From an uncultured Terracidiphilus sp. (GTDB lineage: Bacteria; Acidobacteriota; Terriglobia; Terriglobales; Acidobacteriaceae): DNA of 64,000 nucleotides. The stretch is taken from positions 6,815-70,814 of the forward strand of contig CAZLMY010000007.1 of NCBI GenBank assembly GCA_964560845.1, in the 5' to 3' direction. The notes under the pieces are model-generated. The model worked only from the letters and a program-made list of their open reading frames with translations. It made no database searches and had not been told where the DNA came from. This document shows, piece by piece, positions 8,400 through 18,410 of this stretch (its first letter is position 1; each line of letters begins with the position of its first letter). The translations under genes were made by a program, and so were the position numbers.

Positions 8400-10250
8400 C
8401 TACTTCACTTCAAAGACGGTCATGGATTCGGCGGGCTCGTCGATGGTGAGTTTGCCGGCGGCGAGGACTGCGTTGGTGATTGCAGCAGGCGCGAGGGCGT
8501 GGAACTGGGAGCAGCCGGCTAACGCCGTATTTTCGACGGGCAGAGCGACGGGCTGGGTGCTCGTGGCCTTGTTTGCGACGATGAGATAGCTGGATTTGGA
8601 ATGATCCGGCCGGCAGCCGCCACCGTCCGACGTGCGCATGAAGGCAAAGAGGTTCTCGTCCGCGAACAGATTCTGTTCGAGGCCCGTTTGCAGTGCTGGG
8701 CTGGATTTGCGAAGGGCGAGCAGCGTCGAAGTGAAGGCGAAGACGTCTTGCTCTGCAACGGTTCGGCCAGATTGAGTGAAGGCGTCATGCGTATAGCCGC
8801 TGAAGCCTCCGGGAAAGTCGTGGCGGTTGTCAGGATCGGCGCCGCCGGGCATGGCGATTTCGTCACCGGAATAGATTTGCGGCATGCCGCGCAGCGTGGC
8901 GATGAGTCCGAGCGCCAATTTCAACCTAGGCAAGGAGCCATTCGCTTCGGTGAAGAAACGCGTGGTGTCGTGATTGCCGATGAAGGGAACGAGCCTCTCG
9001 GGATGCGGGTAGAGAGCATCCTGACGGAGCACGGCGGCTAACTCGGTCATCGGCTTTCCATGAGCCAAGACGTCGCGCAGGGTGAAATAGACAGGAAAGT
9101 CGAAGGGCGTGTCGAGGCCTGTGTCGATGCCGTTGTGGGCGGCGCCTCCGGCAAAGAACGAAGTAACTTCAGGATCGCGATGAAAGATCTCGCCCACGGT
9201 CGTCAGGTGCGGGTAGGCGTTATGGATTGCCGCATGGAAGTCGTGCCAGAAGGCGCGATTCACGTACGGGAAGGTATCGAGGCGAATACCGTCGAGGTTG
9301 GCAGTCTCAACCCACCATAATGCATTCTGAATGAGGTAGCGAGAGACCAGTGGGTTTTCCTGGTTGAGGTCGGGCATGGCGTCTGTGAACCAGCCGCCGG
9401 TAATATCTCGCCACGCTTGATTGGGTGCGTGAGGGTCGACAAGCTGGTAGAAGTTGTGCTGAGCCGAGCGATGATTCTGAAGCGTTCCGTGAAACCAATC
9501 GGGAGCCGGAGGATCGAGCACCCAGGGATGCTGGACGCCGAGATGGTTGGGCACAAGATCGATGACCAGCTTCATATCTCGGGCGTGCAGCGAAGCGGAA
9601 AGATGGCGGTAATCGTCGAGGGTGCCGAAGTGCGAATCGACCGCATAGAGATCGGTAGCGGCGTAGCCATGATAAGACTCGGGCATGGAGCCGTTTGTCG
9701 CAACCGGGGTGGTCCACAGAGCGGTGACGCCGAGTTCGTGCAGGTAGTCGAGATGCTGTTCGATGCCGGCGAAATCGCCGCCGTGCCATCCCCTTGGAGC
9801 GGAGCGATCGTCGCCAGGCTGGTTGTTCAATGGGTTTCCATCGGCGAAGCGGTCGGTCATCACCAGATAGAGCACATCGGCCGATGAGAACCCGCGATGG
9901 AAGGCGGGGTCGCTATTGCGTTCGGCCAGGACGAAGGGCTGCCGCACCCGGCCTTGGCCGTTGCTGACGGTTATCCACAGTGTCTGTGCGGCGGGCGAAG
10001 AGGTCTCAAGCCACAGGAAGGCCCAATGACCATTGGCCGAGATTTCAGTGTGACTAAGTTTGACTCGGTTGCCTGTGACCAGAAAATGACTGTGCGCGAG
10101 GTTCTCACCCTGAACCAGCAGCATGGGGTCGGGCAGACCCAGAAACCAGTTGGGCGGATCGATTTTGGCAATACGAGGCGACTGCGACCATGAGGCGGGG
10201 TTCGAACAACAGAATGAACCAAACAGCAAAAGCGATAGCCAGAACCGCAT
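8400..10250 (-). CDS. Secreted GH13 alpha-amylase-family enzyme (cyclomaltodextrinase/neopullulanase-like)
   Basis: GH13 conserved regions DLVPNHLG, GIRLDTFPY, GEIFH and FIGNHD. The track start at 10262 is TTG. ATG at 10250 is preceded by GGAGA at 6 nt and gives signal peptide MRFWLSLLLFGSFCCS. Confidence 0.88.
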   Translation of the reverse strand: MRFWLSLLLFGSFCCSNPASWSQSPRIAKIDPPNWFLGLPDPMLLVQGENLAHSHFLVTGNRVKLSHTEISANGHWAFLWLETSSPAAQTLWITVSNGQGRVRQPFVLAERNSDPAFHRGFSSADVLYLVMTDRFADGNPLNNQPGDDRSAPRGWHGGDFAGIEQHLDYLHELGVTALWTTPVATNGSMPESYHGYAATDLYAVDSHFGTLDDYRHLSASLHARDMKLVIDLVPNHLGVQHPWVLDPPAPDWFHGTLQNHRSAQHNFYQLVDPHAPNQAWRDITGGWFTDAMPDLNQENPLVSRYLIQNALWWVETANLDGIRLDTFPYVNRAFWHDFHAAIHNAYPHLTTVGEIFHRDPEVTSFFAGGAAHNGIDTGLDTPFDFPVYFTLRDVLAHGKPMTELAAVLRQDALYPHPERLVPFIGNHDTTRFFTEANGSLPRLKLALGLIATLRGMPQIYSGDEIAMPGGADPDNRHDFPGGFSGYTHDAFTQSGRTVAEQDVFAFTSTLLALRKSSPALQTGLEQNLFADENLFAFMRTSDGGGCRPDHSKSSYLIVANKATSTQPVALPVENTALAGCSQFHALAPAAITNAVLAAGKLTIDEPAESMTVFEVK

Positions 10251-10333
10251 GAAATTCTCCAAGGAAAGGTCGCTGACGGGATAAGATTAAGCGCCGAATT
10301 GCGTAGCCGTCAGCGTTAAAAGAACGTTACGGG

Positions 10334-10370
10334 ACAAAAATCCGCGGCAGCCGGTTGAAGACTGCCGCGG
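10334..10370 (-). terminator. Rho-independent terminator downstream of the TonB-dependent receptor gene
   Basis: Minus strand reads CCGCGGCAG-tcttcaaccgg-CTGCCGCGG followed by ATTTTTG. Perfect 9-bp GC-rich stem plus T-tract. Confidence 0.6.
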
Positions 10371-10543
10371 GTTGGTAACAAAAATGCGGCAAGTTAGCTT
10401 CCGCTTCGCGCAGTTGGCGAGTTAGCTGGGTCGCGGAGCTAGCGAAGTTGGCGAGAGTCTCCGTTCATGGCAGCGCCGGCTCGTGGGAGAGCCAGTGCTG
10501 CCTGGAACAGAAGACTTCTTGTCCGAATTGCAGATGGGTTGCA

Positions 10544-13500
10544 TTAGAAGCGGAGACGGCCTCCGAACTCAAATTGGCGCTCAGTGTATTCGCGGGAACT
10601 ATCGATAGCTCCGAAATTGCTGAGCGGATTGGAATTCTTGACTCCGCTGTCAAAGTAGCCGTTGGGGTTCTGGAACTGCGGGGTGTTGGCGAGGTTGTAG
10701 ACCTGGAAGCGGAATTCGAAGTTCATCTTTTCCGGCAGCGTGAAGCTCTTGAACAGAGCAGCATCGGCGCCGCGATATCCGGGTCCGTGAATGACGTTGC
10801 GGTTGAGCGTTCCGGGGCGGGTAGGGATGCCCGCGGCGGTAACCGGCGGTGGCGCGAAGGAAGACGGATCGAACCACTGGTGGAGCGTCTTGGGATAGCC
10901 GATGCTTTTGACGACATCGACGCGGTTGGTGAATTTGGAGCCGATGATATTGCCCGAGGGGTCAGTGCCGCTGTTGGTGGTCAGGTCAAACGGAGTGCCG
11001 GTCTGCATGGTGACCACGGTGTTGAACTGCCAGCCGCCGATGATTTCGTCGAGGGCAAGCGGGATGTTCGCGGCCAGGGCCTGACCGCGGCCGAAGGGCA
11101 ACTGGACGAGGGCGCTGGAGGTGAACGACTGGCGCTGATCCTGATCGGCGCTGCCGTAGTTGGCGGCCAAGTCGATCCCGGAAGCGGTGATGAACATGTT
11201 CTGTCCTGCGCCGTTGGCTCCGGTAGAGAAGGCACCGTTGGAGTTGTCGAAGGTGTGGGACCAGGTGTAAGCAGCGGTCAACTGGACACCCTTGATGGCG
11301 CGGCGGTTGAGGAAGAGCTGCAGCGAGTTGTAATTGCCGGTGCCGATGTTGGCGCCTTCAGTCACGGTGCCGCGGGTGGGATAGAGCGTGGTGGTGCTGT
11401 TGAGCACCGGTCCGTTGATGTTGAACCAGGTGGAGAGGTTGTTGGAGCGGTCGCCGACGTAGGCAGCATTGATTGAGGTGTTGGCGTCGATCTGATGCTG
11501 CAACTGCAGGTTCCATTCCTGGACCATGGGGGTTTTGTTGTTGGGCAGAATGGCCAGCAACGAGGCGTTGACGGGGTTGGCGCGATTGACCGTGGAACCG
11601 AAGACCGGCAGGGGCAGAGCGGCCGTTGCGGCCTGGTTGTTGTTGTTCTGCAAGGGGCCTTGACCGGTGAAGGTGATCCGGTAGCCGCCGTTGTTGTTGC
11701 CCGCCTGGTACTCCTCAGCGCCATTGAAATCGGGGTTGTTGGACAACTGGTTGTTGACGCCGCCACGGTCGAGGAAGTAGAACATGCCGAAGCCGCCGCG
11801 CAACGAGGTCTTGCCCGTACCGAACAGATCGTAGGCAAAGCCGAGGCGAGGAGCGAAGTTGCTCTTGTCGGTCTGGACGATGCTGCGGCTGACGCCGTTG
11901 GCGCCTGCCACCACGAGGGTTTGCGTGTTCAGGTCGAAGTCGGACTGGTTGTTGTTCTTCTCGTAGGGATTGGTGTAGAGGTCGTAGCGCACGCCGAGGT
12001 TGAAGGTCAGGCGGCGGTTGAACTTCCAATCGTCCTGCGCGTAGTAGCCGGTCTCCCAGTTGATGGTGTCGAAGTATTGGCTGGCGACGCCGATGGCGTA
12101 GTCGGTAAATCCGGCGAGGAGTTCAGACTGCTCGAATCCGGTGAAGCGGCCGGTGTTGGGGTAATTGAATCCACCAATGTTGAACTGGCCCTTGGAGTCG
12201 GGTGTGTTGAAGAAGGCCACTTCGCGGTGAATGATGGAAGTGCCTAGCTTTAGATTGTGCTTGCCATGATTCCAGGAAACGGAGTCGGCAAACTGGTTGG
12301 TGTGCTGGGGGACTTCATAGGGGCCGTAGTCGCCCGTGTACTCGAGCTCATAGCCGTTGCCGCCGATGAGGGCTCCGCCGCCCAGCAGCGAATTGCGATT
12401 GGCATTTTGGATGCCGAGGTTGGCCGAAACCGCTTCGCCTTCGTCCGGGTTGATGTAGGCGTAGTAGGGGCGGATGTATCCATAGCGGAATTCGTTGATG
12501 ACATTCGGCGAAAAGATATGGGTCCATCCGGCAGCGCCGCCACGGGGGTGGTTGACGTTGGAGCCGGTACCGTAACCGGCGGGGAGGGCGGCAAATTCGC
12601 TGGTCTTGGGATTGGCGAACTCGCTGTAGCTGTAGCGGACGAACAGCATGTCGCTGTGGGTGACATTGGCGTCGAGGCGAACGTCGAAGTCGTTGTCGTT
12701 GAGGGTTTCGTGTTCGTGGGTCTGGTAGTTCTGAATCAGGCCATTGAAGGAGCCGATTCCGGGGGTGGGCAGCGGGAAAGCCTGCAGGTATTTCAACCCG
12801 GCGGCATTGGCGCGGCCGGCCGGGATCTTGTTGCCGGGGAACGGGGCGCAGGTCATGGGGTCAAAGATGGCGCCGAGCGGAATGGCAGCGGCGGACAGGG
12901 GGCAACCGGTGGTCTGGTACCAGGACGAAGAGGCGGGGCTGGTGGTGGTGAAATTGCCAAGCAGCTCGCTGAAATCGCCGGTGCGTTCGAGCGCCGAAGG
13001 AACCGTGACCATGCCGGAATTGCCGGGGAGCGCTTCACGGATGTCGGCCATGTCGCCGAACATGAAGAGCTTGTCCTTGATGATGGGTCCGCCGGCGGCA
13101 AAGCCGAACTGATGCTTGCGATAGGTGGTGGTGGTGGGATTGGTTGAGAAATAGGCGTTCTGAGCGTTGTTGGCGTCGAATGCCTGGTCGCGATAGAACT
13201 CGAAGGCGGTGCCGTGGTACTTGTTGGTTCCGCTCCGGATGGAGGTCTGAATGATGGCGCCGCCGGCCTTGCCGAATTCGGCGGGAGCCATGGTGGTGTT
13301 GACGCGGAACTCCTGGGTGGCTTCGATGGGGGGGATAAAAACGATGGAGTTCACCAGGCCGTCATTGTTGTCGACGCCATCCAACTCGTAGTTGTTGGCT
13401 TGCTGGCGCAGACCGTTGGTGGAAAGCGTGGTGCCGCCGGTGTCAAAGAAGCGCGAGAACTCGACGTTGCCATTGATGCCGGAAGCGGCCGAACCGTAGG

Positions 13501-14035
13501 CTCCGCGAGTGACGCCTGGGGTGAGCAGCGCCAATTGGGTGAAGTTGCGGCCGTTCAGAGGCAGATCTTCAATCTGATCGGCTTGGACAACGGATCCGGT
13601 GGAAGAGGTGGACACATCCACGATGGGCGCATCGTCTGAGACGGTAACCGATTCCTTGACGGAGCCGGGTTTCATTTTGAAGACCAGCGCGATGGATTGC
13701 GAAACTTGGAGAACAAAGGGCTGATCCTCGGTAGCGAAGCCGGGGGCCGTAGCGGTGGCCTTGTAGTTGCCGCGAGGCAGGGCGTTAAAGCTGAATCCGC
13801 CGTTTGAATCGGAAACGGTGGTGCGGACCATGCCGCTGTCGGCGCTGAGCAGTTGGATGGAAGCGGCGGCGATTGCGGCACCGGTCTTGTCTTCGACGGT
13901 GCCTCGGACACTGCCCAAGTCGGACTGGGCAAAGAGGCGGGGTGATAGCAGGCTCGAAATGAGAATCGCGATTGTCAGAGACAACCAGCGAAAGCGGCGC
14001 AGCCGTTGGGGCAGCGCAGTGAGATTTGTAGACAT
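10544..14035 (-). CDS. TonB-dependent outer-membrane receptor with N-terminal carboxypeptidase-regulatory-like domain
   Basis: SVRGTVEDKTGAAIAAASIQLL...SNGGFSFNALPRGNY (CarboxypepD_reg-like). 1163 aa, beta-rich, C-terminal ...FEFGGRLRF. ATG 14035 preceded by GGAGG. Signal peptide ...LLSPRLFAQS. Confidence 0.85.
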   Translation of the reverse strand: MSTNLTALPQRLRRFRWLSLTIAILISSLLSPRLFAQSDLGSVRGTVEDKTGAAIAAASIQLLSADSGMVRTTVSDSNGGFSFNALPRGNYKATATAPGFATEDQPFVLQVSQSIALVFKMKPGSVKESVTVSDDAPIVDVSTSSTGSVVQADQIEDLPLNGRNFTQLALLTPGVTRGAYGSAASGINGNVEFSRFFDTGGTTLSTNGLRQQANNYELDGVDNNDGLVNSIVFIPPIEATQEFRVNTTMAPAEFGKAGGAIIQTSIRSGTNKYHGTAFEFYRDQAFDANNAQNAYFSTNPTTTTYRKHQFGFAAGGPIIKDKLFMFGDMADIREALPGNSGMVTVPSALERTGDFSELLGNFTTTSPASSSWYQTTGCPLSAAAIPLGAIFDPMTCAPFPGNKIPAGRANAAGLKYLQAFPLPTPGIGSFNGLIQNYQTHEHETLNDNDFDVRLDANVTHSDMLFVRYSYSEFANPKTSEFAALPAGYGTGSNVNHPRGGAAGWTHIFSPNVINEFRYGYIRPYYAYINPDEGEAVSANLGIQNANRNSLLGGGALIGGNGYELEYTGDYGPYEVPQHTNQFADSVSWNHGKHNLKLGTSIIHREVAFFNTPDSKGQFNIGGFNYPNTGRFTGFEQSELLAGFTDYAIGVASQYFDTINWETGYYAQDDWKFNRRLTFNLGVRYDLYTNPYEKNNNQSDFDLNTQTLVVAGANGVSRSIVQTDKSNFAPRLGFAYDLFGTGKTSLRGGFGMFYFLDRGGVNNQLSNNPDFNGAEEYQAGNNNGGYRITFTGQGPLQNNNNQAATAALPLPVFGSTVNRANPVNASLLAILPNNKTPMVQEWNLQLQHQIDANTSINAAYVGDRSNNLSTWFNINGPVLNSTTTLYPTRGTVTEGANIGTGNYNSLQLFLNRRAIKGVQLTAAYTWSHTFDNSNGAFSTGANGAGQNMFITASGIDLAANYGSADQDQRQSFTSSALVQLPFGRGQALAANIPLALDEIIGGWQFNTVVTMQTGTPFDLTTNSGTDPSGNIIGSKFTNRVDVVKSIGYPKTLHQWFDPSSFAPPPVTAAGIPTRPGTLNRNVIHGPGYRGADAALFKSFTLPEKMNFEFRFQVYNLANTPQFQNPNGYFDSGVKNSNPLSNFGAIDSSREYTERQFEFGGRLRF

Positions 14036-14182
14036 CAATGTCCTCCAGAAGCGTTGAGAGAGGTTCGGTACTCCGGTTCGGGGATGCGGCGGCGTCCGTG
14101 CCTCTCCTCGTAACCTCAATCCACAAAACGCTTCCGATGAAAGAGGGGTCAATCTACTTTCGGCCTATTCGTCGTCATTTGA

Positions 14183-14234
14183 AGATCTCCGGGTAAATGC
14201 CTATTTTTGAGGGTGCTGTGAAAACAGATCTCCG
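14183..14234. promoter_or_regulatory. Pair of 9-bp direct repeats AGATCTCCG in the divergent regulator/receptor promoter region
   Basis: AGATCTCCG at 14183-14191 and 14226-14234, 43 bp apart (about 4 helical turns). wHTH (OmpR/CadC-type) regulators typically bind direct repeats. Functional role is purely inferred. Confidence 0.2.
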
Positions 14235-14328
14235 CGAAAAAGGGAAGATTCATGGACCAGGCGCCGATCGGGCAGCGAGCGGGCAGGGGCTTCTATTAAG
14301 CTTGGGTGGGAGAAACCCTTCGGGATCG

Positions 14329-16473
14329 ATGGCGATGGCAGAGCAGGCGAGCGGAGCCACACTACGGTTTGGTCTATTTGAAGCCGACCTGAAAACAGGG
14401 GAGTTGCGGCGATCCGGGATACGCGTCCGGTTGCAGGGCCAGCCCTTCAAACTGCTTGCGGTTCTGCTGCAGCATCCGGGCGAAGTGGTGACCCGGGAGC
14501 AGTTGCATCAGGAGCTGTGGGGCGCCGATACAACGGTCGACTTCGACCATAGCCTGGGCATTGCTGTGAACAAGCTGCGGGAGGCTCTGGGCGACTCGGC
14601 GGAGAATCCGCGGTTTGTGGAGACGCTGCCCAAGCGAGGATACCGGTTTATTGCGCCGGTGAAGGCCGCGGAACCGCCTGTGCAGGAACAGACAGCGCCT
14701 CTGCCGGTAGCCCTGGCTTCAGTTGCGATTCCGGCACGAGTGAAGCCTTGGCAATGGGCAGCTAGCACATTGGTGGTTTTGGGCGTGGCGCTCGGACTCG
14801 CGCTGCTTCGCCCCGCGGCCCGGTCGCCGTATCGCGTGCAGCAGGTGACGTTCTCAGGGCATGTATTGACCAACGACACGGAGTTGCAGGGGTTTTCAAG
14901 CTCGGCGGGCGATGGTACGCGGCTCTATTTCTCGCAAATGGACAACGGCAACCCGGTTCTGGCCGTGGCACTGGCCGCCAACGGAGAGATCGGCCAGATG
15001 CATATCCCCACGGAAATCGGTGCCCCGCTGATCGGGTCGCTTTCGCCGGACGGGTCAAAGTTGATTGTTCGCAGCCATTTGCAGGCCGAGCCGGAACAGC
15101 CGCTGTGGGTTGTGCCGACGCTTGGCGGGGATGCGCGCCGGGTGCCCAACGTCTTGGCCCACGACGCCACATGGATGCCGGACGGGCATCGCCTGCTGAT
15201 CGCAAACGGCAATGAGCTGACGGTGGTGGGAAGCGACGGCAGCGAACCGCACAAACTGCTGACGACGGCAGGCCTGGCTTTCTGGCTGCGCTGGTCTCCC
15301 GAAGGCAGCCGGCTCCGCTTTACGCTTCGCGACCCGGCGCGCCAGACCTCGGAGCTGTGGGAGGTGGCAGCGGATGGCAGCAACCCGCATCCGTTGCTGC
15401 CGGGCTGGAGCCAACCGGCCTCGGAATGCTGCGGGAGCTGGACCGCCGACGGCGAGCAATTCGTCTTTCAGTCCTCGCACAACGGCAACAGCAACATCTG
15501 GGCGCGCCGGGAAATGCCCTGGTACCGGCCGCAAGGCAAGCCCGCGCAAATCACCAACGGGCCGCTCGACTACCAGGCTCCCAGCACTTCTCCCGGGAAC
15601 CATGTCGTTACCTTTATCGGAGTGAATGCGCAGATCGAGTTGCTGCGGGCGCTGCCCGGCTCCCGGACGTTTGTGGCGCTGGACCAAAACCTGGCCGCAG
15701 CGGCGCTTGCCGAATACTCGCCCGACGGCCAATGGGTGGCGTGGCTGAACGCCTCCGACAGCTCGTTGTGGCGCAGCCGGGTTGACGGAAGCCAGCGCAT
15801 TGAGTTGACCACGCCGCCTCTGCGCATATTCGGGATGAAGTGGTCGCCGGACGACCGCCGCCTGGCAGTGATGGCGGAGGAGCCAGGGAAGCCCTGGAAG
15901 ATCTACCTGATCGATGCGGAAGGGGGAAAGTTCACCCCCGTTCTGAACGAGGGCCGCAATGAAGCCGATCCCGACTGGGCCGGGGACGGGCAGTCTCTGG
16001 TGTTCGGACGGCTGCCGAACCGCATGGATAGCGTTCAGCCCAAAGCCATTTACATGCTCGACCTGGAAACCCACCGCGTAACCGGGGTGCCGGGATCGAC
16101 GGGACTCTTCAGCCCCCGGCTATCTCCGGACGGGCGCTATATCGCCGCCATGCGGCTGGACCAGATGGCGCTGATGCTGTTCGATCGAAGCACGCAGAAA
16201 TGGACGGCTATCAGCAATCACGGGGTGGGCGATCCGACCTGGTCGCACGACGGCAAGTATGTCTACTTTCAGGATTTCCTGGAGGCCGGCAAGCCCATCT
16301 ACCGCATCGCCGTTCCTTCGGGGCAGCCGGAGCAGGTGGCTACGATCGACAGTTTGCGGCCCATTGCGGCCACCGACTATCGGTTGATTGGCCTGTCGCC
16401 CGGAGATTTGCCCATGGTGAGCGCCAGGACTTCCACGGTGAACCTGTACAGCGTCGATCTGAACGAGCGGTGA
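14329..16473 (+). CDS. Membrane-anchored CadC/ToxR-like winged-helix transcriptional regulator with periplasmic TolB-like beta-propeller
   Basis: N-terminal trans_reg_C-like LRFGLFEADLKTGELRRSG...FKLLAVLLQHPGEVVTREQLHQELW...LPKRGYRFIAPV. Single TM WQWAASTLVVLGVALGLALL. Repeated SPDG/WSPDG blades. Start ATG 14329 is uncertain. Confidence 0.8.
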   Translation: MAMAEQASGATLRFGLFEADLKTGELRRSGIRVRLQGQPFKLLAVLLQHPGEVVTREQLHQELWGADTTVDFDHSLGIAVNKLREALGDSAENPRFVETLPKRGYRFIAPVKAAEPPVQEQTAPLPVALASVAIPARVKPWQWAASTLVVLGVALGLALLRPAARSPYRVQQVTFSGHVLTNDTELQGFSSSAGDGTRLYFSQMDNGNPVLAVALAANGEIGQMHIPTEIGAPLIGSLSPDGSKLIVRSHLQAEPEQPLWVVPTLGGDARRVPNVLAHDATWMPDGHRLLIANGNELTVVGSDGSEPHKLLTTAGLAFWLRWSPEGSRLRFTLRDPARQTSELWEVAADGSNPHPLLPGWSQPASECCGSWTADGEQFVFQSSHNGNSNIWARREMPWYRPQGKPAQITNGPLDYQAPSTSPGNHVVTFIGVNAQIELLRALPGSRTFVALDQNLAAAALAEYSPDGQWVAWLNASDSSLWRSRVDGSQRIELTTPPLRIFGMKWSPDDRRLAVMAEEPGKPWKIYLIDAEGGKFTPVLNEGRNEADPDWAGDGQSLVFGRLPNRMDSVQPKAIYMLDLETHRVTGVPGSTGLFSPRLSPDGRYIAAMRLDQMALMLFDRSTQKWTAISNHGVGDPTWSHDGKYVYFQDFLEAGKPIYRIAVPSGQPEQVATIDSLRPIAATDYRLIGLSPGDLPMVSARTSTVNLYSVDLNER

Positions 16474-16546
16474 AATGAAGCTGGATGTTCGAAAGCGTTG
16501 GCCGGTTGGGGAGTCTCGAGAACAGAAGCGCTTGGGTCCGTGCATT

Positions 16547-16575
16547 CCCAGGTCCCCAAAAGCGAGGGACCTGGG
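16547..16575. repeat. Conserved hairpin repeat R1, copy 1 (possible bidirectional terminator between regulator and hcp)
   Basis: CCCAGGTCCC-caaaagcga-GGGACCTGGG, a perfect 10-bp stem. Extended match TTCCCAGGTCCCCAAAAGCGAGGGACCTGGGGCACCCAA to 22412-22450. Confidence 0.6.
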
Positions 16576-16629
16576 GCACCCAATTGAATGGCGCGTCGAC
16601 CTTGCGCAATCCGCCTGCCCGCTATTGCC

Positions 16630-18273
16630 TTAGCCGAGCATCGCCGCCAGATCTTCTTCGGCGGTCTTGATGGCCATGAGGTTGAACTTCTCATGGAGCA
16701 GATCGAGCACGGCGGGAGACAGGAAGGCCGGAAGCGTGGGTCCGATGCGGATGTTGCGCACACCCAGGTGGAGCAACGTGAGCAGGACTGCGACGGCCTT
16801 CTGCTCGTACCAGGACAAGACCAGAGACAGCGGCAGGTCGTTGACGCCGCATTCAAAGGCCTTGGCGAGCGCCAGCGCGATTTGCAGGGCGGAGTAGGTG
16901 TCGTTGCACTGACCCAGATCGAGCAGGCGCGGAATGCCGCCGATGTCCCCGAACTCCAGCTTGTTGAAGCGGAACTTGCCGCAGGCCAGGGTCAGGATGA
17001 GGCAGTCGTTGGGGATGGATTCGGCCAGTTCGGTGTAGTAGCTACGCCCGCTGCGCGCTCCGTCGCAGCCGCCGATGAGAAAGAAGCGGCGAACCGCACC
17101 GGACTTGACTGCTTCAATAACCTGTCCGGCGACGCTGAGGACCGCGTTGTGGCCAAAGCCGACGGTGATCTGCTCGTCGCTGCCGTCTTCGCCATATCCC
17201 GGAGCGCGCAAGGCCGCGGCAATGACCGCGCTGAAATCCTGGTTATCGATGTGCGGCACGGCGGGCCAGGCAACCATCCCTGAAGTGAAGATGCGGTCCA
17301 TATAACTGCCCTTGGGCTGCTGGATGCAATTGGAGGTCATGAGAATGGCGCCCGGGAACTCGGCGAATTCATCGGCCTGGTCAACCCATGCCCCGCCGTA
17401 GTTTCCGGCCAGATGCTCGTAGGCCTTGAGCTTGGGGTATCCGTGGGCGGGCAGCATCTCGCCATGGGTATAGATCTGAATGCCGAGGCCCTTGGTTTGC
17501 TCAAGCAGAGCGTAGAGGTCGTGCAGATCGTGTCCGGAAACCAGGATGGCCTTGCCCTTGCGGGCATGGAGCCTGACTTTGGCGGGCTGGGGATGGCCGA
17601 AGGTCTCGGTGTGCGCCTTGTCGAGGATTTCCATGACGCGGTAGTTGAGTTCTCCGACAGCCAGAGCGTTGGCCAACAGTTCGGTGGCCGTGGGAGCGGG
17701 CTTGGTGAGGAAGTCGAGAATCTCGTGAATCTTGGCCATGGAGACGGGGTCTCCGGCGCCGAGGGCCAGAGCATGAGCGGCATAGGCGGCAACGCCCTTG
17801 ATGCCGTAGAGGACCAGCTCCTGCAAATTCGCGATTTCCTTGCTCTCAGTGAGGAAGCGCACGGGAAGCAGCACCTGCTTGCCCTGGGTCAACAGGCCTT
17901 CGAGGGTCGGCGCGGGCACCCAGGCTGCGGGACCTCCCAACTCACCGGGAACCACGCCGGCCGCGACGCTGGCGTTCTCATAGAGTGCGCGGGCAGCGAC
18001 GCGCGTGGAGACGGCCTGGTGAATCAGCTCCACCAGCCGCTGGGGATCGAAGTTGACATTGGTGAGGGTGGCAAAGACCGCATGAATGGTGAAGGCGTCG
18101 ATCTCGGGATCGCAAGCGCCGAGACGGTGCGCGCGGTGCGCATACATGGAGATGCCCTTGACGGCGTGGATCAGCAGATCCTGCAGTGTTGCGGTGGTTT
18201 CGTCCTTGCCGCAGACGCCCAGTGTCTGGCAGCCCTCGCCCTTTGAAGTCTGTTCGCATTGATAACAAAACAT
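16630..18273 (-). CDS. hcp: Hybrid-cluster protein / hydroxylamine (NO) reductase
   Basis: N-terminal Cys cluster MFCYQCEQTSKGEGCQTLGVCGK. 547 aa, with conserved ...GGCDGA... and ...TLACGKFRF... segments. Confidence 0.95.
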   Translation of the reverse strand: MFCYQCEQTSKGEGCQTLGVCGKDETTATLQDLLIHAVKGISMYAHRAHRLGACDPEIDAFTIHAVFATLTNVNFDPQRLVELIHQAVSTRVAARALYENASVAAGVVPGELGGPAAWVPAPTLEGLLTQGKQVLLPVRFLTESKEIANLQELVLYGIKGVAAYAAHALALGAGDPVSMAKIHEILDFLTKPAPTATELLANALAVGELNYRVMEILDKAHTETFGHPQPAKVRLHARKGKAILVSGHDLHDLYALLEQTKGLGIQIYTHGEMLPAHGYPKLKAYEHLAGNYGGAWVDQADEFAEFPGAILMTSNCIQQPKGSYMDRIFTSGMVAWPAVPHIDNQDFSAVIAAALRAPGYGEDGSDEQITVGFGHNAVLSVAGQVIEAVKSGAVRRFFLIGGCDGARSGRSYYTELAESIPNDCLILTLACGKFRFNKLEFGDIGGIPRLLDLGQCNDTYSALQIALALAKAFECGVNDLPLSLVLSWYEQKAVAVLLTLLHLGVRNIRIGPTLPAFLSPAVLDLLHEKFNLMAIKTAEEDLAAMLG

Positions 18274-18340
18274 GATTGCCTCGCCGTCCTGATATGGATT
18301 GATTTCAAAACGAGCATAGGCGGGGCGCGAGCAGGCTACA

Positions 18341-18354
18341 GCGACTTAAGTCAC
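18341..18354. promoter_or_regulatory. Candidate CRP/FNR-type (5-N4-5) operator, hcp-proximal
   Basis: GCGAC-TTAA-GTCAC (reverse complement GTGAC-TTAA-GTCGC). Centre is about 74 nt upstream of the hcp ATG. Confidence 0.4.
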
Positions 18355-18396
18355 TGGCAGGCGCATTCTTGCCGCGAAAGTTTTTTCGGGCTGCGA

Positions 18397-18410
18397 GTGA
18401 CCAAAGTCGC
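18397..18410. promoter_or_regulatory. Candidate CRP/FNR-type (5-N4-5) operator, ric-proximal
   Basis: GTGAC-CAAA-GTCGC. With flanks (AGTGACnnAAGTCGCTG) it matches the reverse complement of the 18339-18356 site at 15/18 positions. Centre is about 53 nt upstream of the ric ATG. Confidence 0.4.

Noticed and set aside
10448-13147. Plus-strand ORFs of 342, 250 and 296 aa (10448-11476, 11495-12247, 12257-13147)
   Set aside because: Antisense to the TonB-dependent receptor gene. Gly/Ala/Val/Asp-rich repetitive translations typical of antisense frames.
15055-16074. 339-aa minus-strand ORF
   Set aside because: Antisense to the CadC-like regulator. Arg/Pro/Gln-rich with no motifs.
18299-18312. TTGAT-TTCA-AAACG, considered as an FNR box upstream of hcp
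   Set aside because: Only the left half-site matches TTGAT-N4-ATCAA. The right half has essentially no match.
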